64,000 nucleotides of DNA, from positions 1,088,001-1,152,000 of the forward strand of contig OZ252299.1 in assembly GCA_965250285.1 (NCBI GenBank), in the 5' to 3' direction. This stretch comes from Myxococcota bacterium. Its GTDB lineage: Bacteria > Myxococcota_A > UBA9160 > UBA4427. The position numbers and the translations under genes were made by a program. The notes below the pieces were generated by a model that did no database searches, was not told the origin of the DNA, and saw nothing but the letters and a program-made list of their open reading frames with translations. Numbering within the stretch: position 1 is the stretch's first letter; every line of letters starts with the position of its first letter. Below, in pieces: positions 30,494-40,438 of the stretch.

Positions 30494-31546
30494 TTGACTC
30501 GACTCTCCGCCCGCTCGGGGCAGGCGACCCGGCTGTGCTCGCTGCTCGTGATCACGCTGTGGGTTGCCTCCTCGGCCTCTGCGCGAGATCAGATCCAGAT
30601 CGTCGGCTCTTCGACGGTGTTCCCGTTCTCGACCGCCGTGGCCGAGCAGTTCGGTCGCTCGACCGACTTCAAGACCCCGATCGTCGAGTCGACCGGGTCG
30701 GGCGGCGGCCTGAAGCTCTTCTGCGGCGGCGTCGGCGCGGGGACGCCCGACGTCGCGAACTCGTCCCGACGCATCAAGCAGTCCGAGGTCGATCTATGCG
30801 CCCAGAACGGTGTCGACGAGATCATCGAGGTGCGCGTCGGCTATGACGGCATCGTGCTCGCCAGCGCCCGAAGGGCCACACCGGTGGCGCTCACGACGCG
30901 CCAGATCTTCCTCGCCCTGGCTCGACAGATCCCGGTCAACGACCAGCTCGTGCCCAACCCGAACAAGACGTGGCGCGACGTCGATCCCTCACTGCCCGAC
31001 GTCCCGATCGAGGTGCTCGGTCCTCCCCCGACGTCGGGCACACGGGACGCCTTCGTCGAGCTCGGCATGGAAAGGGGTGCGCTCAGCTTCCCCTATCTGC
31101 AGAACCTCAAGAAGACCGACAAGAACGCCTTCAAGGCTGTCGCACACGCGTTGCGCGAAGACGGGGCCTACGTCGAGGCGGGCGAGAACGACAATCTCAT
31201 CGTGCAGAAGCTCGTCGCCAACCCCAACGCGCTCGGTATCTTCGGCTTCTCGTTCCTCGATCAGAATGGCGACCGCGTCTCGGGCGCGACGGTCGACGGC
31301 GTCGAGCCCTCGTTCGAGGCGATCGCCGACGGCAGCTACCCGATCTCGCGTTCGCTCTACGTGTATGTGAAGAAGGCCCACGTCGGCCAGATCCCCGGTC
31401 TCGAAGAGTTCATCGTCGAGTTCCTGAGCGACCGCGCCAACGGCGACGAGGGGTATCTGGCGGAGAAGGGGCTGATCCCGCTGTCCGATGACGAGCGCGC
31501 GCGCGTGCGCGCATCGTCGTCGGCACTCGAGCCGCTCCAGCTCTAG
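30494..31546 (+). CDS. pstS: Phosphate ABC transporter substrate-binding protein
   Basis: IVGSSTVFP, STGSGGG, NSSR, GPPPTSGTRD and YPISRSL motifs; AAGGAG RBS with TTG start. Confidence 0.95.
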   Translation: MTRLSARSGQATRLCSLLVITLWVASSASARDQIQIVGSSTVFPFSTAVAEQFGRSTDFKTPIVESTGSGGGLKLFCGGVGAGTPDVANSSRRIKQSEVDLCAQNGVDEIIEVRVGYDGIVLASARRATPVALTTRQIFLALARQIPVNDQLVPNPNKTWRDVDPSLPDVPIEVLGPPPTSGTRDAFVELGMERGALSFPYLQNLKKTDKNAFKAVAHALREDGAYVEAGENDNLIVQKLVANPNALGIFGFSFLDQNGDRVSGATVDGVEPSFEAIADGSYPISRSLYVYVKKAHVGQIPGLEEFIVEFLSDRANGDEGYLAEKGLIPLSDDERARVRASSSALEPLQL

Positions 31547-31610
31547 CTCCGCGGCCCGGCGCCGGCCGAGTGAGACGGCGACGCACGCTCTGAACGCGAG
31601 ACCGACAACG

Positions 31611-32591
31611 GTGCAGATCCCTTTCATCGACCAGGCCGCCCTCTCTCTGACCCGCCGGTTCCCGGCGCGCTCGTCGGCCCGTCGCTCGATCGAGGGCGTG
31701 CTGGTGCGCGTTCTGGCGCTGAGCAGCGGCGTCGCCATTCTCGTGACGATCGGCATCCTGCTCTCCCTGATCTTCGAGGCATCTCGGTTCTTCGAGCAGA
31801 TCTCGCCCGTCGAGTTCTTCTTCGGTACCGAGTGGAGCCCGCAGACGGCGCTTCGAGCCGACCAGGTCGGCGCATCGGGCGCGTTTGGCGCCGTGCCTGT
31901 CTTCGCGGGCACGCTGCTCATCACCTTGATCGCGATGGCGGTTTCGGTCCCGATCGGGTTGATGTCGGCGATCTACTTGAGCGAGTACGCGACGAAACGC
32001 ACGCGCGACATGGTCAAGCCGCTGCTCGAGGTGCTGGCCGGCGTGCCGACCGTCGTCTACGGCGTCTTCGCGGCGTTGACCATCGCTCCAGCGATTCGCG
32101 GGATGGGCGAGGACATCGGGCTCGCCGTGTCGAGCGAGAGTGCACTCGCGGCCGGGCTCGTGATGGGCGTGATGATCATCCCGTTCGTCTCTTCGCTCTC
32201 GGACGATGCGATCACCGCGGTGCCGCGTTCACTGCGCGAGGGTTCGCTCGGCCTCGGAGCCACGCCGTCGGAGACGATTCGACTTGTGCTGCTGCCCGCT
32301 GCGCTGCCGGGGATCGCTGGCGCCGTGCTGCTGGCCGTTTCGCGCGCGGTCGGCGAGACGATGATCGTGGTCATGGCCGCCGGCCTCGCCGCCAACCTGA
32401 CCGCGAATCCGTTCGCAGCGGTGACGACCGTGACTGCGCAGATCGTGACGTTGCTCGTCGGTGATCAGGAGTTCGAGAGCGCCAAGACCCTCGCGGCCTT
32501 CGCCCTCGGTCTGACGCTCTTCGTCGTGACGCTCGCGCTCAACGTGGTCGCGCTGGTCACCGTTCGGAAGTACCGGGAGCAGTATGAGTAG
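31611..32591 (+). CDS. pstC: Phosphate ABC transporter permease
   Basis: KPLLEVLAGVPTVVYG and SRAVGETMIV motifs; start uncertain. Confidence 0.95.
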   Translation: MQIPFIDQAALSLTRRFPARSSARRSIEGVLVRVLALSSGVAILVTIGILLSLIFEASRFFEQISPVEFFFGTEWSPQTALRADQVGASGAFGAVPVFAGTLLITLIAMAVSVPIGLMSAIYLSEYATKRTRDMVKPLLEVLAGVPTVVYGVFAALTIAPAIRGMGEDIGLAVSSESALAAGLVMGVMIIPFVSSLSDDAITAVPRSLREGSLGLGATPSETIRLVLLPAALPGIAGAVLLAVSRAVGETMIVVMAAGLAANLTANPFAAVTTVTAQIVTLLVGDQEFESAKTLAAFALGLTLFVVTLALNVVALVTVRKYREQYE

Positions 32592-33876
32592 CGGCGGCGA
32601 GTTCGATCGGGCCGCGTTCCAGAAGCGGCTGGCACGGCGGCACCGCAACGAGGCGCTGTTTCGCTTCGCGGGGCTGTCGGCCATCGGGGCGGCCCTGGCC
32701 ATGCTCGTGCTGCTGCTCGGATCGGTGTTGATCCAGGGGCTGCCCGCCTTCAAGACCCACGATGTGCGCCTCGAGCTCGATCTCGCCCCCGACCTGGTGG
32801 ACCCGAACGGTGATGCGTCGCGCGCTTCGATCCGAGCCGGCAACTACGCGGCGGTGGTCAAGAAGGCGCTCTACGCCGAGTTCCCCGAAGTGAAGGGGCG
32901 CACCGCCAAGCGCAAGCTTTCGGCGCTGATGAGCCGGGGCGCGGCGTACGACGTGCAGGATGCCGTGCTGGCCGACCCCAGCCTGATCGGTCGCACGGTG
33001 TCGTTCGATCTACCGCTCTCCGCCGACGCCGCCCTGTATCTGAACGGGCACATTCGCCGCGACGTCGACGCGGCCCAGCGCCGACTGAACGATGCCCAGC
33101 TCGATGAGCTCGATCACCTGAAGGCGGCCGGCCAGATCAGGACGCGCTTCGCCGTCGAGTTCCTGACCGCCGGCGACAGTCGCGAGCCCGAGCTCGCGGG
33201 CGTCGGGGGCGCGCTCTGGGGCTCGCTCTACACGCTGGCCGTCACGCTCCTGTTGAGCTTTCCCGTCGGTGTTGCCGCGGCCATCTACCTGCAGGAGTTC
33301 GCCTCGCAGAACCGGGTGACCGACTTCATCGAGGTCAACATCAACAACCTCGCAGCCGTGCCGTCGATCGTATACGGCCTGCTCGGTCTGGCCGTTTTCC
33401 TCGGCTTCTTCGGCATGACGCGTTCTGCGCCGGTCGTGGGCGGGATGGTGCTCTCGCTGATGACGTTGCCGACGATCATCATCGCCACTCGGGCCTCGCT
33501 GCTCGCAGTGCCCCCCTCGCTTCGCGAAGCCGCGATGGGGGTTGGGGCCTCGCCCGTGCAGGTGGTGTTCCACCACGTGCTACCCATGGCACTGCCGGGC
33601 ATTCTGACCGGCACGATCATCGGTATGGCTCGCGCGCTCGGCGAGACGGCACCCCTGCTCATGATCGGCATGGTCGCGTTCGTCGCCGACGTGCCCTCGT
33701 CGTGGACCGACCCGTCCACCGTGTTGCCCGTGCAAATCTTCCTCTGGTTCGACGCGCCCGAGCGCGCCTTCGCCGAGAAGACGTCCGGGGCCATCATCGT
33801 GCTGCTCGGTTTCCTCTTCGTGATGAACGGTGCCGCCGTCTGGTTGCGCCGCCGCTTCGAGCGTCCGGTTGCCTGA
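32584..33876 (+). CDS. pstA: Phosphate ABC transporter permease
   Basis: [16 protein letters not shown] and [10 protein letters not shown] motifs. Confidence 0.95.
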   Translation: MSSGGEFDRAAFQKRLARRHRNEALFRFAGLSAIGAALAMLVLLLGSVLIQGLPAFKTHDVRLELDLAPDLVDPNGDASRASIRAGNYAAVVKKALYAEFPEVKGRTAKRKLSALMSRGAAYDVQDAVLADPSLIGRTVSFDLPLSADAALYLNGHIRRDVDAAQRRLNDAQLDELDHLKAAGQIRTRFAVEFLTAGDSREPELAGVGGALWGSLYTLAVTLLLSFPVGVAAAIYLQEFASQNRVTDFIEVNINNLAAVPSIVYGLLGLAVFLGFFGMTRSAPVVGGMVLSLMTLPTIIIATRASLLAVPPSLREAAMGVGASPVQVVFHHVLPMALPGILTGTIIGMARALGETAPLLMIGMVAFVADVPSSWTDPSTVLPVQIFLWFDAPERAFAEKTSGAIIVLLGFLFVMNGAAVWLRRRFERPVA

Positions 33877-33914
33877 CTTCGGCTCTTCGAACCCGCACTT
33901 CATGGAGCTCGCCC

Positions 33915-34706
33915 ATGTCCCCGGAGATCGTCGTGGATGATCGCCAGTCAAAGATCCGCATCTCGACGCAGAAGCTGAGCGTCTTCTACGGCGAGAACCA
34001 GGCGCTGAAAGAGGTCGATCTCGACATCGTCTCGAACTCGGTCACGTCGCTGATCGGACCGTCGGGGTGTGGCAAGTCGACGTTCCTGCGCTGTCTGAAT
34101 CGCATGAACGATGTCGTGCCCGACTGTCGAGTCGAGGGCCAGGTCACGCTCGACGGCGAAGACATCTACCGCGAGGGGCTCGACCCGGTCGAGCTGCGCG
34201 CACGCGTCGGCATGGTGTTCCAAAAACCGAACCCGTTCCCGAAGTCGATCTACGACAACGTCGCGTACGGACCCAAGATTCACGGGCTCGTCGAATCGAA
34301 GGCGCACCTCGATTCGCTGGTTCACTCGTGTCTCGAGCGCGTCGGTCTCCTCTCCGAGGTCGAAGATCGGCTGTCTGAGCCGGGGACAGGTCTCTCGGGC
34401 GGGCAGCAGCAGAGACTCTGTATCGCCCGCGCCATTGCGGTGAACCCCGAGGTGATCCTGATGGACGAGCCGTGCTCGGCCCTCGATCCGATCGCCACGG
34501 CTCGCGTCGAAGAGCTGATCGACGACTTGCGATCCAGCTACACGATCGTGATCGTGACCCATTCGATGCAGCAGGCCGCGCGCATCTCGCAGCGCACGGC
34601 GTTCTTCCATCTCGGCAAGATCGTCGAGGTCGGGGATACCGAGCAGGTGTTTACGAGCCCGCGTGACGCGCGCACCGAGGACTACATCTCCGGCCGCTTC
34701 GGGTGA
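33915..34706 (+). CDS. pstB: Phosphate ABC transporter ATP-binding protein
   Basis: [37 protein letters not shown] and YISGRFG motifs. Confidence 0.97.
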   Translation: MSPEIVVDDRQSKIRISTQKLSVFYGENQALKEVDLDIVSNSVTSLIGPSGCGKSTFLRCLNRMNDVVPDCRVEGQVTLDGEDIYREGLDPVELRARVGMVFQKPNPFPKSIYDNVAYGPKIHGLVESKAHLDSLVHSCLERVGLLSEVEDRLSEPGTGLSGGQQQRLCIARAIAVNPEVILMDEPCSALDPIATARVEELIDDLRSSYTIVIVTHSMQQAARISQRTAFFHLGKIVEVGDTEQVFTSPRDARTEDYISGRFG

Positions 34707-34859
34707 TCCGGGCGCCCTTGCCCGGAATCCCTAGAATCGACCCTTCGCGATCGACGGCCGAGCGGGCCGTCGGCCGGGGGAGGCGGCGCGTTGCGCTCGA
34801 CGCGCAGGGGTTTCGTTGACGTACGCGAACACGCAGGCCCCGCGCCGAAGTGAGACGTC

Positions 34860-35897
34860 ATGAGCGATGACGCTGCTCTGCTCGACGCCGAAGATCGGCC
34901 CGCCCCGCGCGGCCGCATCGCGCTCGCGCTCGGCAGCGGCGCCGCGAAGGGCTGGGCGCACATCGGCGTCATCCGCGCCCTCGAGGCCCGCGGCGTTCGA
35001 CCCGAAGTGATCTGCGGGACGTCGATGGGCGCCATCGTCGGCGCGGCGTATGCCGCCGACCAGCTCGACGAATTCGAAGAGTGGGCCGGAAGCCTCGAGT
35101 GGACGAGCGTGGTGAGCTTTCTCGACCTCGCGATGCGAGGGGGACTCATCAAGGCGCAGCGCCTGTTCGAGTTCTTCGCCGAGCAGCTGCCCGAAGCGCG
35201 CATCGAAGATCTGCCGCGTCCCTTCGCCGCCATCGGCACCGACCTCGCGACGGGCCAGGAGGTCTGGATGCGAGAGGGCTCGCTGGTCGACGCCCTGCGC
35301 GCGACGATCGCATTGCCGGGCTTGATCACCCCGTCGCGCTGGCAGGATCGTTGGATGGTCGACGGCGGGCTCGTGAACCCCGTGCCGGTCTCGCTCGCGC
35401 GGGCGCTCGGCGCCGACTTCGTGATCGCGGTCGATCTCAACACGACGCTGCTCGGACGCCGCCTGAACGAAGAGGCGCCTGCTGAGGGCGAACGCGAAGC
35501 CGCCGACGAAGCCGAAGCGGCGGAGGCGGCGCTCGCCGAATGGGAGGGGTCGGGTGGGGCCGAAGGCGAGCGCGAAGCCGCCGCGTTCGGCATGGACTTC
35601 GCCGATCGGCTGAACGTCGCGTTTCGCGAGATCGCCAACGAGTGGCGCGAGCGCTTCGGCTCCGAAGCCCCGCCGCGCGCCGACATGCCGAGCCTCTACG
35701 ACGTGCTCGCCAATTCGATCAACATCATGCAGATGCGGATCGGCCGAAGCCGCATGGCCGGCGACCCGCCCGAGCTGCTGATCACCCCGCGGCTCCACGA
35801 CTTCGGGGTGCTCGATTTCGACCGCAGTGCCGAGGCGATCGAGGAGGGCGCGCGCGCGGTCGAGCGGGCCTGGGCCGCCGGCTTCTCGACCCGCTGA
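34860..35897 (+). CDS. Patatin-like phospholipase (RssA-like)
   Basis: GSGAAKGWAHIGV, GTSMG and DGGLVNPVP motifs; acidic insertion. Confidence 0.9.
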   Translation: MSDDAALLDAEDRPAPRGRIALALGSGAAKGWAHIGVIRALEARGVRPEVICGTSMGAIVGAAYAADQLDEFEEWAGSLEWTSVVSFLDLAMRGGLIKAQRLFEFFAEQLPEARIEDLPRPFAAIGTDLATGQEVWMREGSLVDALRATIALPGLITPSRWQDRWMVDGGLVNPVPVSLARALGADFVIAVDLNTTLLGRRLNEEAPAEGEREAADEAEAAEAALAEWEGSGGAEGEREAAAFGMDFADRLNVAFREIANEWRERFGSEAPPRADMPSLYDVLANSINIMQMRIGRSRMAGDPPELLITPRLHDFGVLDFDRSAEAIEEGARAVERAWAAGFSTR

Positions 35898-36033
35898 GGG
35901 CGCCTGGGCGCCGCGATCAGCCGATGCGCTCGGGCCGCCTGGGCGCCGCAATTTCCCGATCCGCCGCCCTTCACAGGGTGCCTTCGCTGCCTACACTTCG
36001 AGCGTCACGGCCCGGGGTCGTGAGGAGGACGCC

Positions 36034-36936
36034 ATGACAGCCGATGCTCGAACCCTCGTCGTCGCCACCGACTTCTCGCCGACCGCCGCGGTCGCCCTCG
36101 ATCGGGCCTGCGAGCTCGCGCTCGTTCGGGGCGACAAGCTCGTCCTCACCCACGCGGTCTCGATCGAGCCGGTGCCGATGGCCGGCCCCGAGCTGCTGGT
36201 GCTCCCGGTCGACTACGAATCGAAGATCCACGAGGCTTCGGAGACGGCGCTGCAGAAGCTCGTCGACGAGGTGAAGCAGAAGGGCGTCGACGTGAGCGGG
36301 TCGCTCGCCGTCGGGCCGCCGGTGGACGTCGTGCTCGAGTCGGCGAAGGAGCACGATGCCGCGATGATCGTGCTCGGCACCAAGGGCATGTCGGGCTTCA
36401 AGCACCTGCTCCTCGGCAGCGTGGCCGAGGCGGTCGTCCGCAAGGCGCACGTCCCCGTGCTGACCGTCCACCCCGGCGCCGACAAGCCGCTCTCGTCGAT
36501 CGACCACGTCATCGTGCCGACCGACTTCTCCGACCAGGCGGCCCACGTGCTCGAGCACCTGAGCGACGTGCTCGCGGCGGACAAGAAGCCCAAGCTCACG
36601 CTGGTGCACGTCTATCAGCTGCCGGTGATCGTCGCGCCGCTCGTCGGGCTCGCGCCCGAGATGCCGACCCTCGCTGAGGATGCGCGCGAGGAGGCCCACA
36701 AGGCCCTAGATCCGCTGGCCGAGCGATTGCGTGCGCAGGGCTTCGAGGTCGAGGTGATCGGACGCGAGGGCGATCCGGCCACGGTGATCAGCGAGATGAC
36801 CGAGACGCCGGGCGCCGACCTCGTCGTGATGTCGACGCGGGGCCTCTCGAAGCTCGAGCAGATCCTGCTCGGCAGCACCACGGAGCGCGTGGTCCAGCAC
36901 GCCCACTGTCCGGTGCTGACGCTCCGCAGGGCCTGA
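36034..36936 (+). CDS. Tandem-domain universal stress protein
   Basis: Two Usp domains (ATDFS/PTDFS; LLGSVAEAVVR and LLGSTTERVV). Confidence 0.95.
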   Translation: MTADARTLVVATDFSPTAAVALDRACELALVRGDKLVLTHAVSIEPVPMAGPELLVLPVDYESKIHEASETALQKLVDEVKQKGVDVSGSLAVGPPVDVVLESAKEHDAAMIVLGTKGMSGFKHLLLGSVAEAVVRKAHVPVLTVHPGADKPLSSIDHVIVPTDFSDQAAHVLEHLSDVLAADKKPKLTLVHVYQLPVIVAPLVGLAPEMPTLAEDAREEAHKALDPLAERLRAQGFEVEVIGREGDPATVISEMTETPGADLVVMSTRGLSKLEQILLGSTTERVVQHAHCPVLTLRRA

Positions 36937-36957
36937 GCGCGTTCGGCCGAACGCGCT

Positions 36958-37033
36958 CCGATCTGCCAGGGGCCAGACGTCGAGCCGGTCGCGCCCCGAT
37001 CTGCCCGGGGCTAGACGTCGAGCCGGTCGCGCC
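36958..37033. repeat. 38-bp tandem duplication covering the holin-family gene stop codon
   Basis: CCGATCTGCC(A/C)GGGGC(C/T)AGACGTCGAGCCGGTCGCGCC twice. Confidence 0.85.
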
Positions 37034-37427
37034 CCGGGCCGGGGCCGGGCTGCGGCCCCGCGACGATGACTTCGACGTGGCCCTTCGGCCCGATGAACAT
37101 GTTCCCGATGAACGCCACCGCGCCGATGATCAGCGAGCCCATCATCGCGGTGCCGAGGCCCGCGACGTACACGTCGGGCATCAGCCAGCCGACGAGCATG
37201 AGCATCGCTCCGTTGATCACCCACAGGAACAGGCCCATCGTGAAGATGGTGGCGGGCAGCGTGAACAGGATCGCGATCGGGCGGACGACCGCGTTCACGA
37301 AGCCGAGCACGAGCGCAGCGAGAAAGAACTCGGCGGCGCCGCCGCTCACGTGGATGCCGTCGAGCAGCCCCTCCGCGGCGAAGAGCCCCACGACGTTCAA
37401 TGCCCAGCGAATGATGATGCCCTGCAT
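37011..37427 (-). CDS. Phage holin superfamily IV (YvlD-like, 4 TM) membrane protein
   Basis: ALVLGFVNAVVRP..TLP..TMGLFLWVINGAML motif; no phage context. Confidence 0.85.
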   Translation of the reverse strand: MQGIIIRWALNVVGLFAAEGLLDGIHVSGGAAEFFLAALVLGFVNAVVRPIAILFTLPATIFTMGLFLWVINGAMLMLVGWLMPDVYVAGLGTAMMGSLIIGAVAFIGNMFIGPKGHVEVIVAGPQPGPGPGRDRLDV

Positions 37428-37490
37428 GACGGTCTTCCTCTCATGGGACGCATGCCGACACGGGCGGACGCGTCTTCGTCGCTCGCCCTC

Positions 37491-37567
37491 GCTGCGAACG
37501 GGCCCCGTCGTCGTTCGACGCGCGCTGCGCACGGGCCCCGTCGTTGTTCGACGCGTGCTGCGCACGG
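37491..37567. repeat. 33-bp intergenic tandem repeat (about 2.3 copies)
   Basis: GCTGCG(A/C)ACGGGCCCCGTCGT(C/T)GTTCGACGCG(C/T) units starting at 37491, 37524 and 37557. Confidence 0.85.
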
Positions 37568-37586
37568 CGGTTGCGTCGCCGGACGC

Positions 37587-38636
37587 TCAGTCTGACACAG
37601 GCGCGTCCGCGCGGCCGGGGACGAGCACGGCGGCGCCCTCGAAGCGCCCGCCCCGCAGATCGTCGAGCGCCTGCTGAGCGTCCTCGAGGGCATAGCGATG
37701 CGTGTGCGTCTCGATCCGGGTGCGTCCGGCGCGCTCGAGGAAGCGCGTCGCGTCCTGGCGCGTGAGATGCGCGACCGATGCGACCTCGCGCTCCTCGAAG
37801 AGCCGGGCGTAGGGAAACGACGGGATGTCGCTCATGTGAATCCCCGCGCAGACCACCCGTCCGCCGGGCCGCACGTCGGCGAGCGCCTTCGGCACGAGTG
37901 CGCCGACGGGCGCGAAGAGGATCGCCGCATCGAGGGGCTCGGGCGCCGGCTCGTCGGAGCCGCCGGCCCAAGCGGCGCCCAGGTCGCGCGCGAAGCGCTG
38001 CCCGGATGCGTCGCCGGGTCGCGTGAACGCCACGATCTCACGACCGTCGTCGCGGGCGACCTGGGCGACGATGTGGGCGGCCGCGCCGAAGCCGTAGAGG
38101 CCGAGCCTGCGAACGTCGCCGGCCCGCTCGAGGGCGCGGTGCCCGATCAGCCCGGCGCAGAGCAAGGGCGCCGCCGAGACGTCGTCGTAGCCGCTCGGCA
38201 GCGCGAAGGCGTGATCGGCCCAGGCCACCGCGTACTCGGCGTAGCCCCCGTCGACGTGGTGTCCGCGAAAGCGTGCGCTCGGGCAGAGGTTCTCCTGGCC
38301 TCGCCGGCACGCATCGCAGGCGCCGCAGACCCAGGCGAGCCAGGGCAGGCCGACGCGGTCACCGAGCGCGTGCCGCTCGACGCCCTCGCCGAGCGCGACG
38401 ACCACCCCCACCGCCTCGTGCCCGGGCACGATCGGCGAGGCCGAGCCGTCGAGCTCGCCATCGACGACGTGCAGGTCGGTGCGACACACGCCACAGGCGC
38501 GGATCTCGACGAGCACCTGGCCGGGGCGAGGCTCGGGGATCGGCACCCGTTCGAGCGTGACGTGACCGTCCCCCGCGCCGTGGTGGCGTTGGGCCCACAT
38601 GCGGGCGTCGTCGTGCTTCGCTTGGGATTCGTCCAT
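37587..38636 (-). CDS. Zinc-dependent alcohol dehydrogenase (AdhP-like MDR family)
   Basis: CGVCRTDLH, PGHE, CGACDAC..C and LYGFGAAA motifs. Confidence 0.92.
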   Translation of the reverse strand: MDESQAKHDDARMWAQRHHGAGDGHVTLERVPIPEPRPGQVLVEIRACGVCRTDLHVVDGELDGSASPIVPGHEAVGVVVALGEGVERHALGDRVGLPWLAWVCGACDACRRGQENLCPSARFRGHHVDGGYAEYAVAWADHAFALPSGYDDVSAAPLLCAGLIGHRALERAGDVRRLGLYGFGAAAHIVAQVARDDGREIVAFTRPGDASGQRFARDLGAAWAGGSDEPAPEPLDAAILFAPVGALVPKALADVRPGGRVVCAGIHMSDIPSFPYARLFEEREVASVAHLTRQDATRFLERAGRTRIETHTHRYALEDAQQALDDLRGGRFEGAAVLVPGRADAPVSD

Positions 38637-38760
38637 CGATCCGCCCGATGCTCACTCGTCGCGGCCGAGCGTGCACGTCGGGCCCGACCGGTGTGGGCGA
38701 TGCCGCCGCGCTGTCTCGGCGACGCCGCCCGCGCGATTCAAGCGCCGCTTCGCGCCACGA

Positions 38761-39432
38761 TCATCCGAGCCGGGCCAGCGCCGCGAAGCCCGTCGACCAG
38801 TCGGGGCCGATCGATTCGGCACCGGGTGCATCGCGGGCGACGTGCCACCAGGTCGGTCGGAAGCCGCCGTCGTCGAGCATCCACAGGCGCTGGGCCCGCG
38901 CAGCGAAGCTCGCGACGTAGTCGCGCGGCTTGATCTCGCCGATGAAGCGCCAGAGCGAGGGATCGCATTCGTCAGGCACGTCGCCCCGCGGCCGCAGGCG
39001 CTCGGGGGGGCGGTCGAAGTCGGGCTCGCCGTCGTTTTCCCCCAGACCGGCGCCCGGGCCCAGGAGTGCGCCGCGCACGAGCTCGGCCCGGGCGCCCGCG
39101 AGTAGCAGCGCCACGTAGGCCCCGAGCCCGGCGCCCGCGATCACGAGGCCTGCGGCTTCGCCGTGCCGGGCGGCGACCGACGACAGCGCGGCGTCGGCGT
39201 CGGCGACGAAGAGCTCGGGCGTATAGCCGCCGCCTCGCACGTGTCCCGAGGCGCCGTGGCCCGAGAAGTCGAGCGCATGGACCGGGCCGGCCCACGCGAT
39301 CTCGCTCGACCAATCGACGGTCGAGCCGTGGAGCGCGTGCAGCAGCAGCAACGGCGTGCCCGGGCCATCGGCGAGATGGTGACACGCCAGGTCGACGCGG
39401 GCGTTCTTCACGGTGTGCGTTTCGAGCGGCAA
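38761..39432 (-). CDS. Truncated alpha/beta-hydrolase-fold protein lacking the catalytic Ser
   Basis: LLLLHALHG and ALDFSGHGAS present, but the nucleophile elbow reads GAGLG. Confidence 0.75.
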   Translation of the reverse strand: MPLETHTVKNARVDLACHHLADGPGTPLLLLHALHGSTVDWSSEIAWAGPVHALDFSGHGASGHVRGGGYTPELFVADADAALSSVAARHGEAAGLVIAGAGLGAYVALLLAGARAELVRGALLGPGAGLGENDGEPDFDRPPERLRPRGDVPDECDPSLWRFIGEIKPRDYVASFAARAQRLWMLDDGGFRPTWWHVARDAPGAESIGPDWSTGFAALARLG

Positions 39433-39459
39433 GGGCGTCTCCCAGCGGGCGCGATCGAT

Positions 39460-40401
39460 TCAGGCTTCGAGGAAGTCGAGGATCAGCTCGGCGGTGGCAC
39501 CGGGCTGCTCGATGGCCATGAAGTGTCCGGCGTCGGGCACGACGGCGCGCTCGACGTCGGGGAAGTGGGCCAGGCGGTCGCTCAGCACGGGCTCGGGCAG
39601 GGGGCCCCACGTGTCGGGTTCGCCCCCGATCACGGCCAGCACCGGCACCGGGACATGTCGCCACATCGGCGCGATCCAGTCGGGTCGGAACGGGCCGAAC
39701 CCTGCGCCCGCCATCGGGTCGGACTTCCAGCGCCAGCCATCCGGGTCGCGACGCGCGCCGAAGTGCGAGAAGTAGGCGAGCCACTCGCGGCTGAGTCGCG
39801 GGTTCTGGTGCTTTCGCCGATCGATCAGCGCCTCGACGTCGGCGTAGGGGCGCCAGTCGCTGCGGGTCGCCAGCGTGCGACGTCGGTCGAGGTACTGCTC
39901 CATGCGTTCGGCCACGCTCAGGTGGATCGGCATCGGCTCTCGGCCGGGCGGCGTGAAGCCCTCGTCCGGCGGCCCGAAACCGTCGAGGTTGACCAGCTGG
40001 CGGACGCGCCCTTCGGCGAGCATCGTCGTGTCGGTGGCCTGGCCGCCTCCCTTGCTGTGGCCGACGAGGTGGACGGGCTGGCCGATCCAGTCGATGACGG
40101 TCAGCACGTCGTCGATGTCGTCGGGCCAGCGGTATGCGTCGACCCAGCTGCTGTCACCGTGTCCGCGCGCGTCCATCGCGATCACCCGAAACCGATCGGC
40201 GAGCAGCGGCGCGAGCAGGTCGAAGCAGTGGGCGTGATCCCACATGCCGTGCGTGCAGAGTACGGGCTGGGCTTCGGGATCGCCCCACTCGATGACGTGC
40301 AGGCGCACGCCGTGGCCGTCGACGAAGGCTTCGCGCTCGGGCAGCACGGCGCCGTCGAGGGGCGGCGGGGCGTCGCTGCGGGCTGCGTCTTGCTCTCTCA
40401 C
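39460..40401 (-). CDS. Alpha/beta fold hydrolase
   Basis: HG oxyanion motif, DARGHGDS, GHSKGG and AGHF motifs. Confidence 0.9.
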   Translation of the reverse strand: MREQDAARSDAPPPLDGAVLPEREAFVDGHGVRLHVIEWGDPEAQPVLCTHGMWDHAHCFDLLAPLLADRFRVIAMDARGHGDSSWVDAYRWPDDIDDVLTVIDWIGQPVHLVGHSKGGGQATDTTMLAEGRVRQLVNLDGFGPPDEGFTPPGREPMPIHLSVAERMEQYLDRRRTLATRSDWRPYADVEALIDRRKHQNPRLSREWLAYFSHFGARRDPDGWRWKSDPMAGAGFGPFRPDWIAPMWRHVPVPVLAVIGGEPDTWGPLPEPVLSDRLAHFPDVERAVVPDAGHFMAIEQPGATAELILDFLEA

Positions 40402-40438
40402 GTTCTCTCCCCTCTGCGCGGGCGCGAGTCGGTCGGGT

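Noticed and set aside
37011..37427. Prophage indicated by a holin
   Set aside because: This family is widespread in chromosomes; no endolysin, integrase or structural genes nearby
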